From: a virus
Taxonomy: Duplodnaviria; Caudoviricetes
Virus record (IMG/VR): IMGVR_UViG_3300011443_000007
Location: 1-47,265 of that record
Direction: 5' to 3' (one strand)
Length of the DNA stretch: 47,265 nt
The position numbers were made by a program, and so were the translations under genes. The notes beneath the pieces were generated by a model, which saw nothing but the letters and a program-made list of their open reading frames with translations, did not search any database and had not been told where the DNA came from. Below are positions 9,062-17,077 of this stretch, one piece after another (the first letter of the stretch is position 1; each line of letters opens with the position of its first letter).

Positions 9062-9446
9062 TCTCAGCCTCGTATCGTTTAAGATATTCGATTGCTCCCT
9101 CGATTGTATCAAGCTCCGCCTCCCCAAGTAGCGCAAAGATGTTCCCCCTCGGTCCGACGGTGATGAAAGGGATGTTATTGGCGAGGGCGATCCCCGTCTC
9201 GACCGCCTTGCCTTCAGACATCTGGAGGTTAAACACTACCAGGAAGTCCGCGCTGATCACATCCTCGTAGTCCTCAAGGGCTTGATGGCGGATCTCGTCA
9301 TCGGGCTTGTCACAGCCAGTTGACGACCCACCCTCCCCATGCCTGAACCACCGAGAGGTGATCACATGCCCTGCGGCACCGATCTGCTTAGCAAAGGCCT
9401 CGACCTCATCCTTCCTAGCCCAAGGCCCCGCGACGTATACTCTCAT
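9051..9446 (-). CDS. Nucleoside 2-deoxyribosyltransferase / nucleotide N-hydrolase-like protein
   Basis: VYVAGP, D..DV..AD and G..VE.G.A motifs. Confidence 0.75.
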   Translation of the reverse strand: MRVYVAGPWARKDEVEAFAKQIGAAGHVITSRWFRHGEGGSSTGCDKPDDEIRHQALEDYEDVISADFLVVFNLQMSEGKAVETGIALANNIPFITVGPRGNIFALLGEAELDTIEGAIEYLKRYEAEIGE

Positions 9447-9586
9447 TGTGCTCCCTTCCAGAACCCCACCATGGAGAGGCAATAGCAGCCCCAAACCCAC
9501 ACCATCCACGGTTGATTGTTAAGCCAGAATTGAATGCCAATTATAGCATACAGCACGGCAAGGAGCAAGAAGAAAATCGGGTTCAT
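9443..9586 (-). CDS. 47-aa two-TM membrane protein
   Basis: MNPIFFLLLAVLYAIIGIQFW...; ATGA overlaps at both ends; not in the ORF track. Confidence 0.6.
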   Translation of the reverse strand: MNPIFFLLLAVLYAIIGIQFWLNNQPWMVWVWGCYCLSMVGFWKGAQ

Positions 9587-10644
9587 CGCATCGCTCCCCA
9601 GCTTGTGCCGACCTTCGCTTCAGTCCCGATGGTCAGGTATTCCCCCATGCCCCAGGACGGGTCAAGGGGCAGTTCCGGGATCGGCTCTTCCATCACAGCC
9701 CGGCTTACTGCCAGGCATGTGTCAAGGCCCGCAAGGTCACACTCGCCGAAAATCTCATCATGGATCAGGAGCCGGAGACTCTGGCCCACCCACGGGTAAT
9801 CGTACCAGATCCGCTTCGTCGCTCGCTTGATGATCGCTGCCGCGGTTGACTGTGGGAGGAAGCTGACAAGGCGCTTGGCGTCCTCCCCGAACGATGACAC
9901 CCACTCGGCCTTCCCTTCATACTCAATCCGGTCCCAGTTCAGGACGTTGTAGAATCGGTGCGTATACCCGAAGGGGTTCCGAGCGTGGCAAACTCCAAGG
10001 GTCCAAGGGTCAATGTGCCCGTCCTCAATCCCTTCGCTTGTTCGGCGCTTAGTCCCATCAACCCGCTCACAGAGCTGATGGTGCCATCGCTTGATTGCAG
10101 GGAAAATGTCAAAGTATAGACCTTGTAAGTCTGCGGCTTTCTTGACTGTGGGGAAGGTTTCGGGATATTCAAAGGCCATCTTTCTGGGAGTCATCATGTA
10201 GTTGCTCCCGTGAACGATCCGTTTCGCGGTGTCGTAGGTTGTCTTGTCCTGCTTCACTTCCTTAATCGCCGCTCGGATATCAGCATCGCTCCACTGAAAA
10301 TCAAAAGGCCTTCCAAGCATATGACCAGCGAGGAAGGCATGGACGCCGAGACCCGCAGCGCGAGTGTAGATAGGGCAACCAGCAAAATAACCCACCAGCT
10401 TCGCCTCAATGCCGCTGTAATCTCTTGCCCAGAAAGTCCTCCCAGCAGGGGCTTGGAACATGCCCTTAACCCATCTCTGAACCTCACTGTCATTGCCACG
10501 AGGGAGGTTCTGTAGGTTCGGATCAACGCTCGACAGGCGTAGGCTAGAAGGATTATGGGTGAACACAGTATGAATGCGCCCATCATTACCGACAGGAAAG
10601 CCGCCAGTAATAGGATAGCGTTGGTCAGTGCGGTCATTGTCCAC
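9583..10644 (-). CDS. polA: Family A DNA polymerase, palm/fingers part
   Basis: DGRIH, RLSS.DPNLQNLP, motif A DYSGIE, motif B KRIVHGSNY, PQSTAA, motif C IHDE. Confidence 0.92.
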   Translation of the reverse strand: MDNDRTDQRYPITGGFPVGNDGRIHTVFTHNPSSLRLSSVDPNLQNLPRGNDSEVQRWVKGMFQAPAGRTFWARDYSGIEAKLVGYFAGCPIYTRAAGLGVHAFLAGHMLGRPFDFQWSDADIRAAIKEVKQDKTTYDTAKRIVHGSNYMMTPRKMAFEYPETFPTVKKAADLQGLYFDIFPAIKRWHHQLCERVDGTKRRTSEGIEDGHIDPWTLGVCHARNPFGYTHRFYNVLNWDRIEYEGKAEWVSSFGEDAKRLVSFLPQSTAAAIIKRATKRIWYDYPWVGQSLRLLIHDEIFGECDLAGLDTCLAVSRAVMEEPIPELPLDPSWGMGEYLTIGTEAKVGTSWGAMR

Positions 10645-12145
10645 CCGGCCTCCCGATGTAAGTCCCAGCGAGTTTGTCTAGCTCCCGGTAAGTGAGGATC
10701 ATATTATACACCGGATCGTCCGGGTATTTCAAGATCAATGTCTTGATCGCCTTCTCGTCCGTGGTCAAGCGCATCTGGCCCGACTTCTTATCCCGTGTCG
10801 TCGGCGTCCGTCGCTTCAGGAAGTCGTTGTATCGGATGAGCTGCTCTCGGCTTGGCTTGAACGCAGCAAGGCGATAGTATTCGACAACGCTTTGTTCAAC
10901 CTCAACAGCGACTCCATCAGCGCAGGGGTTAATCTTCTTGACAAACCGTTTGAAGTGATCTTTCCTAGGCCGTGTTGCGCCGCAATTAGGACAGACCTTA
11001 ACCAATCTAGTTCCTGGTCGAGTAAGGAGCCCTTCGGTATCGGCTGGGGTGTTGACATAGACATGTTCTACCTTCCTTGTCGGGAGAGGCATCAGGCTTT
11101 CGAGATCCCGATGGGTCGCCTTTAGCCGGCTATCGAGCTCCACCGCGGAGCGGTGTCGGGTCTCGGCATCGATTGGCATCCCCTGTTCGGACATGAAGTT
11201 GAGTATGGGGTCGAGGTCCAGCACATCCCGCTGGTATACGTCCCACAACTCATGCTCCCGCAGCTTAGCTTCGATGGCAATCATCGACCTTAACTCGACA
11301 TCAGCGTCAGTGCAGTTATAAAAAGCAGGCCGAGCATGAGACAGATGCTTCCAAGGAGATTGATCAGGGCACGTAAAGGTTGCCACGAAACCGAGACCCT
11401 TTGGAAGATCGCTGTGTAGCACATGCCAAGCAACCATGCCATCGTGGATAAGGCCAGCAATCTTAACGCCATTGAACCTAACACGAGGGGTGTCGAATCC
11501 GCTGTTCCAGACAACCTTATCACCTTCACTTTCCAGGAGAAGCTTGATCGCGGGCAGGTAGGGGCCTTCCCAGGGTATGCTCATCCCGGTGTAGGGTTTG
11601 AACGAGAACCCGATCCGGTCGATTTTGTAGGTGACATCCACCGAAGGGTCTAGATCCCCTTCGTCCGCGCCCTTGTAGGGGGTTTCGATATCATACGCCA
11701 GGAACCGCGCGCCACTCGCACGATATCGCTTCGCCCACTCATAAGCCTGTCCAGGCAAGGGGTCCAGTAGATACTCAAGAGGGTGGAACGGAAGCCCGTC
11801 TCGGGCAATCTCCGTCGCTTTTTGGATGTCGTGGATGAACGCTGCTGCATATTTGCTCTGCCCCTGTCTGATGAATAACGGGTGAACTGTCGGAATGACA
11901 TGCACCCCCTGCCCATCGTGGACGTAACCTCGCCGGTCTAACACCGATCCGGGACCGAGCACCGACTCCATCGGCCCTTGACCCATCGGCACTACCACCC
12001 GTGTGGAAGGGGGGATTGGATCCCCCACTCCCACGACGGTGAATCCCCGCGGGTCGAAACCCGCCCACTCGATCAACCTCTGATAGGTAAACCGAGCCCG
12101 GCTGTCGGAAAGAGAGCCATCGTCAACCAGTGTAACCAACGACAT
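10634..12145 (-). CDS. polA: Family A DNA polymerase, N-terminal part: UDG-like domain + 3'-5' exonuclease + thumb with Zn-finger insert
   Basis: IPTVHP (UDG-like); Exo I DIET, Exo II WN..FD, Exo III YN..D; GMPID; YRELDKL.GTY. Confidence 0.88.
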   Translation of the reverse strand: MSLVTLVDDGSLSDSRARFTYQRLIEWAGFDPRGFTVVGVGDPIPPSTRVVVPMGQGPMESVLGPGSVLDRRGYVHDGQGVHVIPTVHPLFIRQGQSKYAAAFIHDIQKATEIARDGLPFHPLEYLLDPLPGQAYEWAKRYRASGARFLAYDIETPYKGADEGDLDPSVDVTYKIDRIGFSFKPYTGMSIPWEGPYLPAIKLLLESEGDKVVWNSGFDTPRVRFNGVKIAGLIHDGMVAWHVLHSDLPKGLGFVATFTCPDQSPWKHLSHARPAFYNCTDADVELRSMIAIEAKLREHELWDVYQRDVLDLDPILNFMSEQGMPIDAETRHRSAVELDSRLKATHRDLESLMPLPTRKVEHVYVNTPADTEGLLTRPGTRLVKVCPNCGATRPRKDHFKRFVKKINPCADGVAVEVEQSVVEYYRLAAFKPSREQLIRYNDFLKRRTPTTRDKKSGQMRLTTDEKAIKTLILKYPDDPVYNMILTYRELDKLAGTYIGRPGGQ

Positions 12146-12674
12146 CCTTCCTCCAGTCCCACCACTTCGCCGTGCCGCCGGTTAGGGGGCCGTAGATACA
12201 CAACGCACTTTCATGATCCGGACTGTTCTTCTCTGGTCCCGATGGATCCACAAAGCGGACACGCCCGCTTAGGAAGATGATATCGGCGTAGGGGACAATC
12301 CCCTTCTGCCACCACCGGGTCCCGGTCCTCGCCGGGACGAGGGCCACAACGGTTCCACCACTTAATTGCTGGGCGTGGAATTCTTCTAGCCACTTCTCGA
12401 TCCCCTTCCCGTAGGGTGGATTGCACCAAGCGGGTGAGAACCACTTGGGAACATCCAAGGCGTCGGTGTTGTACGATGACCCTGGCCCATACCAGAAAGG
12501 GGACAGGTGATTCGACTCATTCGCCGCAGCGTCCACTTGGAAGCCGTAGATGGAATCCAAGTATGTGTAAAGAGCAACGGGGGTCTGCCACTCCGTGAAC
12601 GTCTTGGTCTTGGTATAAGGGTTGAACGTCTCTTCTGCGATCTCCTTCTCCAGTAACATCTGAGAGAACGTCAT
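12123..12674 (-). CDS. Phage N6-adenine DNA methyltransferase (phage Dam family)
   Basis: WQTP, DAAA, WCNPPYG, LVPART..WW and GRVRF motifs. Confidence 0.9.
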   Translation of the reverse strand: MTFSQMLLEKEIAEETFNPYTKTKTFTEWQTPVALYTYLDSIYGFQVDAAANESNHLSPFWYGPGSSYNTDALDVPKWFSPAWCNPPYGKGIEKWLEEFHAQQLSGGTVVALVPARTGTRWWQKGIVPYADIIFLSGRVRFVDPSGPEKNSPDHESALCIYGPLTGGTAKWWDWRKDVVGYTG

Positions 12675-12899
12675 CTAATGCACCTGCCCTTCCGTGAAGT
12701 AAACCCCGAGCCAATCGGAGAGGTGTTGGATGAATGTGATCTCCTTCTCCTCTCCCAGCTCGGGCTCAGTCAACCGGACCATCACTAGCATCGCCGCGAC
12801 GATCCCCATGCCGAGGGGGATCCCCTCCCCCTCTAACATGGTGATGATCCGATCCGCGAGTAGTGAGGTTTCCTTATATGGCAACCTCACCACCTGCAT
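12675..12899 (-). CDS. Small hypothetical protein
   Basis: Fills the operon gap; helical with a hydrophobic segment. Confidence 0.5.
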   Translation of the reverse strand: MQVVRLPYKETSLLADRIITMLEGEGIPLGMGIVAAMLVMVRLTEPELGEEKEITFIQHLSDWLGVYFTEGQVH

Positions 12900-12906
12900 C
12901 CCGTTA

Positions 12907-13545
12907 CTACTTCCGGTTGGGATCGACAAAGAACCGCACCCTGGCATTGGCGAACAGGACCGGGGATGTGACCTTTGCCTCCGCGCCTTCCTTGGTTCGA
13001 TAGGTGTCACCTTCCTTGAGCACGGTTTTCTTCATGCCCGGACGAAGCGGGTCATCGGGGAAGTTCGCATACCCTTCCACAACCTCACCCGTGTCCTTGT
13101 TCCGGGCCTGCCAGTCGATGGTAAACGCCGCGACCTTTCCCGCCGCGAGCTTCATCGCCGCATCATACTCCACCGTCCGCTGGGGCTTGGCGGTGATCCC
13201 CACCGACTTGAGCAAGTTCCCGACCATCGAGGCGTTGATCGGCTTGCCGTCCTTACCCGCCCACTTCTTCACCGATGCACGGGTGAAACGGATCTGGTAT
13301 CCATCACTCTCCCCAGACCGAACGAGGACGATCGGGTCAAGCAAGTATTGCCTCAACTGCGTCGTGGCGCTGATCTCCTCCACAATCACCTTCGGCAGCG
13401 TGCCGTAGAAGATCGTCGACGTGAGCTTCCCATCGGGGCCGAGCACGCCACACTGCGGCGGGGGAGCATACTTGGACGAGGGGTTGTAGTGATCCCAATC
13501 CATCTGCTCCGGCTCGGTATACTTAAGTCCTGCTGTATCTGCCAT
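12907..13545 (-). CDS. Probable single-stranded DNA-binding protein
   Basis: AAGGAG RBS; lies directly after the Sak4-like ATPase, a common synteny; beta-rich. Confidence 0.45.
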   Translation of the reverse strand: MADTAGLKYTEPEQMDWDHYNPSSKYAPPPQCGVLGPDGKLTSTIFYGTLPKVIVEEISATTQLRQYLLDPIVLVRSGESDGYQIRFTRASVKKWAGKDGKPINASMVGNLLKSVGITAKPQRTVEYDAAMKLAAGKVAAFTIDWQARNKDTGEVVEGYANFPDDPLRPGMKKTVLKEGDTYRTKEGAEAKVTSPVLFANARVRFFVDPNRK

Positions 13546-13561
13546 TCAGTTACTCTCCTTG

Positions 13562-14416
13562 TTAGATGCCCAACTCAGCCCGGGCATTCACCCCGGCTTG
13601 ATCGTGGGCTTGTTGTAGAAGTTCGATTGCGTTGCTCAGAGAAGCTGGTTCGATGTAAAGGGGGCAAGGAACATCTGCCCCCAGAGGGTAACGACTATTG
13701 GCATAATAAGTCGCCATCCCCATCGAGTCGGGCTGAGACTGGAGCAACAGTTTGTGAACGGGCGCACTGCCAGATGTAACCTCCTTCAACAACGGAAAGG
13801 TATACTTGAACCACTTCGGCATCAGCGGGGTCAGGGCCTTCCCTGCCACCTGCGGTCCGTAGATGGGCGTATCCTGTTGGGATTCCCCTCGGTATAAACC
13901 GAAGGTCCAAAGCACATCACCGAACTTCGCCAGCCATGTCGATCTCCATATGTTATCCCTCATCACACCCTGAACGGTGAGGTAGTGGGAATCCACATTG
14001 GAGCCGATCTTAATCTGCTTGTCAACAGGACCTTTCTTGTTGATGATAAACTTCGGAGCGGGCCTCCCTCCGATGTCCTCCCCGCCCGCACTAAGCTTGG
14101 CGCATGACGACAGTAATTGTTCTGCCATCGATGTGCCAGAGTCGAAGGCAAACAGGCCGTAAGCATTGACATCTACCCCCCTTGCCTCAACCGCCCCATT
14201 AATCCACGACCAAGGATCGTCAACTGATGGATCGTAACTAATGGGATCGACCACGGACCCAACAAGATGATCAATAGAATCAAACCCGCCCAGGTCCGAC
14301 GAGAACAAGCACGTCCGCTTGCCTGTGGTCTTGTAGACCCACTTGGCATACTCACCTATCTGGGTGGTTTTACCCCCACCCGATTCGCTGTAGAGGGCGA
14401 TAGTTCGCCCGCTCAT
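13562..14416 (-). CDS. Sak4-like / AAA_24 P-loop ATPase (recombination)
   Basis: ALYSESGGGKTT Walker A and FAFDSGT Walker B; flanked by nuclease and SSB genes. Confidence 0.7.
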   Translation of the reverse strand: MSGRTIALYSESGGGKTTQIGEYAKWVYKTTGKRTCLFSSDLGGFDSIDHLVGSVVDPISYDPSVDDPWSWINGAVEARGVDVNAYGLFAFDSGTSMAEQLLSSCAKLSAGGEDIGGRPAPKFIINKKGPVDKQIKIGSNVDSHYLTVQGVMRDNIWRSTWLAKFGDVLWTFGLYRGESQQDTPIYGPQVAGKALTPLMPKWFKYTFPLLKEVTSGSAPVHKLLLQSQPDSMGMATYYANSRYPLGADVPCPLYIEPASLSNAIELLQQAHDQAGVNARAELGI

Positions 14417-14481
14417 CCGTGCCGCCGGCTTGCGCTTAGGAGGATCATCATGATGATCAACCCTAGGAAAACAAAACTCAT
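14413..14481 (-). CDS. 22-aa hydrophobic micropeptide (MSFVFLGLIIMMILLSASRRHG)
   Basis: AAGGAG RBS; first ORF after a consensus promoter; ATGA overlap with the ATPase start. Confidence 0.6.
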   Translation of the reverse strand: MSFVFLGLIIMMILLSASRRHG

Positions 14482-14503
14482 GTAGTCTCCTTGGGAAAGA
14501 GCG

Positions 14504-14532
14504 ATTATACCACGGGGCCTCCCCCCTGTCAA
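14504..14532 (-). promoter_or_regulatory. Consensus sigma70 promoter, TTGACA-N17-TATAAT with extended TG, driving the replication operon
   Basis: + strand reads ATTATA-N17-TGTCAA. Confidence 0.85.
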
Positions 14533-14708
14533 CAACCTTCCCCCTTTTTTTGATGGTACTTTTTGATTGACAAGTGACCATCCTCATCAACCGTGAGTCG
14601 AAGGAACGACCCCACTTTCCAGCCGAAGAAGTCGATGATCTGCTGGTCGATCAGCACCATCCCCCCATCACCGATTGGGGCTTTCTTAAGCTGGACTCTC
14701 TTGTTCAC
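14529..14708 (-). CDS. AbrB/MazE/SpoVT-like DNA-binding protein
   Basis: IGDGGMVLID...FGWKVGSFLRLTV..GHLSIKK swapped-hairpin pattern; GGAGG RBS. Confidence 0.6.
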   Translation of the reverse strand: MNKRVQLKKAPIGDGGMVLIDQQIIDFFGWKVGSFLRLTVDEDGHLSIKKYHQKKGEGC

Positions 14709-14709
14709 T

Positions 14710-14910
14710 CTAACCCTCCTCCTCAAGCAACCGAACAACCTCATCGAGGATCCGCTCCGGGTCGGGGAATTCGATGGACAGGATCTGGATCGTCCTCACC
14801 AGTGCTGCGATCAGTTCCTCACTCGTCACTTCATCACTGAACGTGGCAAGGATCTCATCCTTGATCTCCTCCGTCAGTTTGTTTTGCTCCAGTAGGTGCT
14901 TCATTACCAC
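14710..14910 (-). CDS. Small acidic helical protein
   Basis: ORF in the operon with GAGG RBS. Confidence 0.5.
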   Translation of the reverse strand: MVMKHLLEQNKLTEEIKDEILATFSDEVTSEELIAALVRTIQILSIEFPDPERILDEVVRLLEEEG

Positions 14911-15979
14911 CGCCTCTCATCAGGGTGATCTCCACTTCGTGATGGGGAGTCCTCTTCACATACAACCCACTCCCCAAGGGGTCATCTTGCACGCTTTTGT
15001 TAAAGCAACATGCCCGATACTGACACGGGGGTCCGACGTAGGGCTTGCATTGGGAGAAGCGTTGTTCGAAATGCGACTCACGAACCTTCCAATCCGTAGC
15101 CGCCCGCTTCTCATAGCCCCAGATTTCCATCTCCCGAATCTTCCTCCGCCTCACCAACCCCTCAACCAACCGGGGATCGAGGAAGATCGGCGCGCTGGAG
15201 ACGAACTGCTCCGCACAGAAGTCCTCCCCGCATCGCTCAATCCACCCCTCGATCCCGGAATCATACTCCCACACTGGCCGGATGTCAAGCCCGTATTTGT
15301 ACTCCGGTTGCCACCAATCCTCCCGGGTATAGGCATGGACGAACGGGTGCATCAGCCGACCCTTGCGGTAATCACCCTTCGGCAGGCCGACAATCTGTCC
15401 GTAAGCGACAGGTTCACCCGTCTCTTCCTCCAGCCCCTTCAACCCTAGGTGGACTTGGACGGCTGAATCCCAATGCTCAACCCAGGAAGGAGATGTATTG
15501 CCAGTCGTCTTGTATTCCTTATACACCAACTTCCCGTAGGTGTCAAGGGATTTATTAATACCCCGCAACACCAGATCAGGAGTATAAGCAATCCAAAGCG
15601 GGGATCGATCCAAGATAAGCTCCCCTTCGACTTTAACCATCTCAAAGTCTCGACTCCACCTGGGCCAGACGTACTTTGCGAAGGCGATGATCCACCCCCG
15701 GAGCCGAGAATCCCGCTCCCGTGAAGCATAGTCCAACCCAGAAGGATCAGGTAAGCTCGCCAGGATATCCTGATACGGCACTCCCTCCGCGACCGCGGAG
15801 AGCGTGTCATGGATCTGCCGGCCCACTTCGAAATAGATCGGTTCCTCCACCGGGACGATGCCACTCCCACCCTCCTTTCGATTCCACCAGTAAGCCATCC
15901 CGCACTTCCAGTCCGTCTCGATCCCACTACGGTCGGCGTAGAGGATGTTAGAAGGGGGTTTCGATATCGACCGCAACAT
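14855..15979 (-). CDS. PD-(D/E)xK exonuclease, RecB/Cas4-like, probably Fe-S
   Basis: G...H, PDLV, EYKT and Q motifs; one N-terminal Cys plus C-terminal C-x7-C-x4-CC. Confidence 0.8.
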   Translation of the reverse strand: MLRSISKPPSNILYADRSGIETDWKCGMAYWWNRKEGGSGIVPVEEPIYFEVGRQIHDTLSAVAEGVPYQDILASLPDPSGLDYASRERDSRLRGWIIAFAKYVWPRWSRDFEMVKVEGELILDRSPLWIAYTPDLVLRGINKSLDTYGKLVYKEYKTTGNTSPSWVEHWDSAVQVHLGLKGLEEETGEPVAYGQIVGLPKGDYRKGRLMHPFVHAYTREDWWQPEYKYGLDIRPVWEYDSGIEGWIERCGEDFCAEQFVSSAPIFLDPRLVEGLVRRRKIREMEIWGYEKRAATDWKVRESHFEQRFSQCKPYVGPPCQYRACCFNKSVQDDPLGSGLYVKRTPHHEVEITLMRGGGNEAPTGAKQTDGGDQG

Positions 15980-16769
15980 TCTTCTCCTCCTTCTTGTTCG
16001 TGGGCATGTCGTTGCTGGGGCCAACACCCATCCCGCCGTAGATGTCCATCGCCTTCTTCATCGTATCGAAGGTGAGTGCCCCACCAGCAGTGGTCGGGAC
16101 TTGCGCTGACCACAGGATTGACTGCTCCTGTTCCTTCGCCTGCTCAGCTTGGATAAGAAGGGTCTGGTATTTCGCAACCTTCCCATGCCAATACTCCAGG
16201 TTCAGTGAGTGCTCGGTTCCCTTGTAGTACTCCACCTTCGCTTTCGAGTGTGCCAGGAACAGCTTCAACTCATCGATGCTTGGGTTCTTTGTAGCATGAA
16301 GGACGGCCTTCTTATCCAGCACCAACCCAGGCTTCGGCCAGGCCACATCAGCTTTTACTTCCCAATTTTTTTTGGCAAGGGGGCGCGTCACTTGACGTGC
16401 ATCGATCTTCACCGTCAGCCCGATGGTATGCGCTGCCCTTGCGACATGCTTGTCGAAGTGATCCCACTCACTCTCGGGAGGCAGGACTACATAATCCCGA
16501 TCGTCCCTTGACCGGGCACTGCCCCCGACGATACCGCCAAAGGCATGACCCCGAATGACTTCAACCGTCTTGGCCTTCCGTTTCCGCCGACCCTCATACG
16601 CCTCAGCCTGCTCAGTCTGGGACATGTCCGGGCGTTCCGATGGGCTGTCAGGCCCCCGTAGGCCGGTAATCAAATCCCACAACTTCCGGCTGTTCGGGTT
16701 GTGGGCGATGACATCCCCCATGAAAGACCGCAACTCCGGCCACGTTGCCTTCCTTGAGTTGATCTCCAT
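15948..16769 (-). CDS. Unknown protein with WD-x4-LRGPD domain (paralogue A)
   Basis: Aligns by eye with 24652..25122. Confidence 0.65.
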   Translation of the reverse strand: MEINSRKATWPELRSFMGDVIAHNPNSRKLWDLITGLRGPDSPSERPDMSQTEQAEAYEGRRKRKAKTVEVIRGHAFGGIVGGSARSRDDRDYVVLPPESEWDHFDKHVARAAHTIGLTVKIDARQVTRPLAKKNWEVKADVAWPKPGLVLDKKAVLHATKNPSIDELKLFLAHSKAKVEYYKGTEHSLNLEYWHGKVAKYQTLLIQAEQAKEQEQSILWSAQVPTTAGGALTFDTMKKAMDIYGGMGVGPSNDMPTNKKEEKNVAVDIETPF

Positions 16770-17059
16770 CACTGTATCACCTTTCCCTTGGTCGAGGGTT
16801 TCTTCCCCGCAACAGCGATAAGCACCTGGAGGGTGTTGATCGTATCCCGATACTGCCTGATCGCCTCGGGGGTGTAATAGAATGTCCCCGCTGGCTTCTG
16901 TGCCGCTTGGGTGAGGAGGCCCGATATGGTAACCAGCTCGTGCCCTACCTTCTTGTATCTGGCGGTTGTCCACTTCACCGTCGCCTTCTTCTCCACCTGG
17001 GTATCGTCGGCGCTCTTGATCAGGTCGGTCAAATCTGTTGACGTGCTCGCAGCCTTCAT
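16769..17059 (-). CDS. Hypothetical protein
   Basis: GGGGAG RBS; TGATG coupling to the next gene. Confidence 0.55.
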   Translation of the reverse strand: MKAASTSTDLTDLIKSADDTQVEKKATVKWTTARYKKVGHELVTISGLLTQAAQKPAGTFYYTPEAIRQYRDTINTLQVLIAVAGKKPSTKGKVIQ

Positions 17060-17067
17060 GCTATAAT
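17038..17067 (+). promoter_or_regulatory. Sigma70-type promoter, TTGACG-N18-TATAAT with extended TG, for the helicase
   Basis: Sequence match; ATG 10 nt downstream with no SD. Confidence 0.7.
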
Positions 17068-17077
17068 CTCCCCTTCA

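Noticed and set aside
8657-9446. Diaminopurine or 7-deazaguanine DNA pathway
   Set aside because: No PurZ, QueC/QueD/FolE or DpdA-like gene recognised
10254-10637. Hydrophobic alternative-frame ORF at the polymerase split
   Set aside because: It lies wholly within conserved polymerase motifs; the ATGA overlap is suggestive but nothing else supports it
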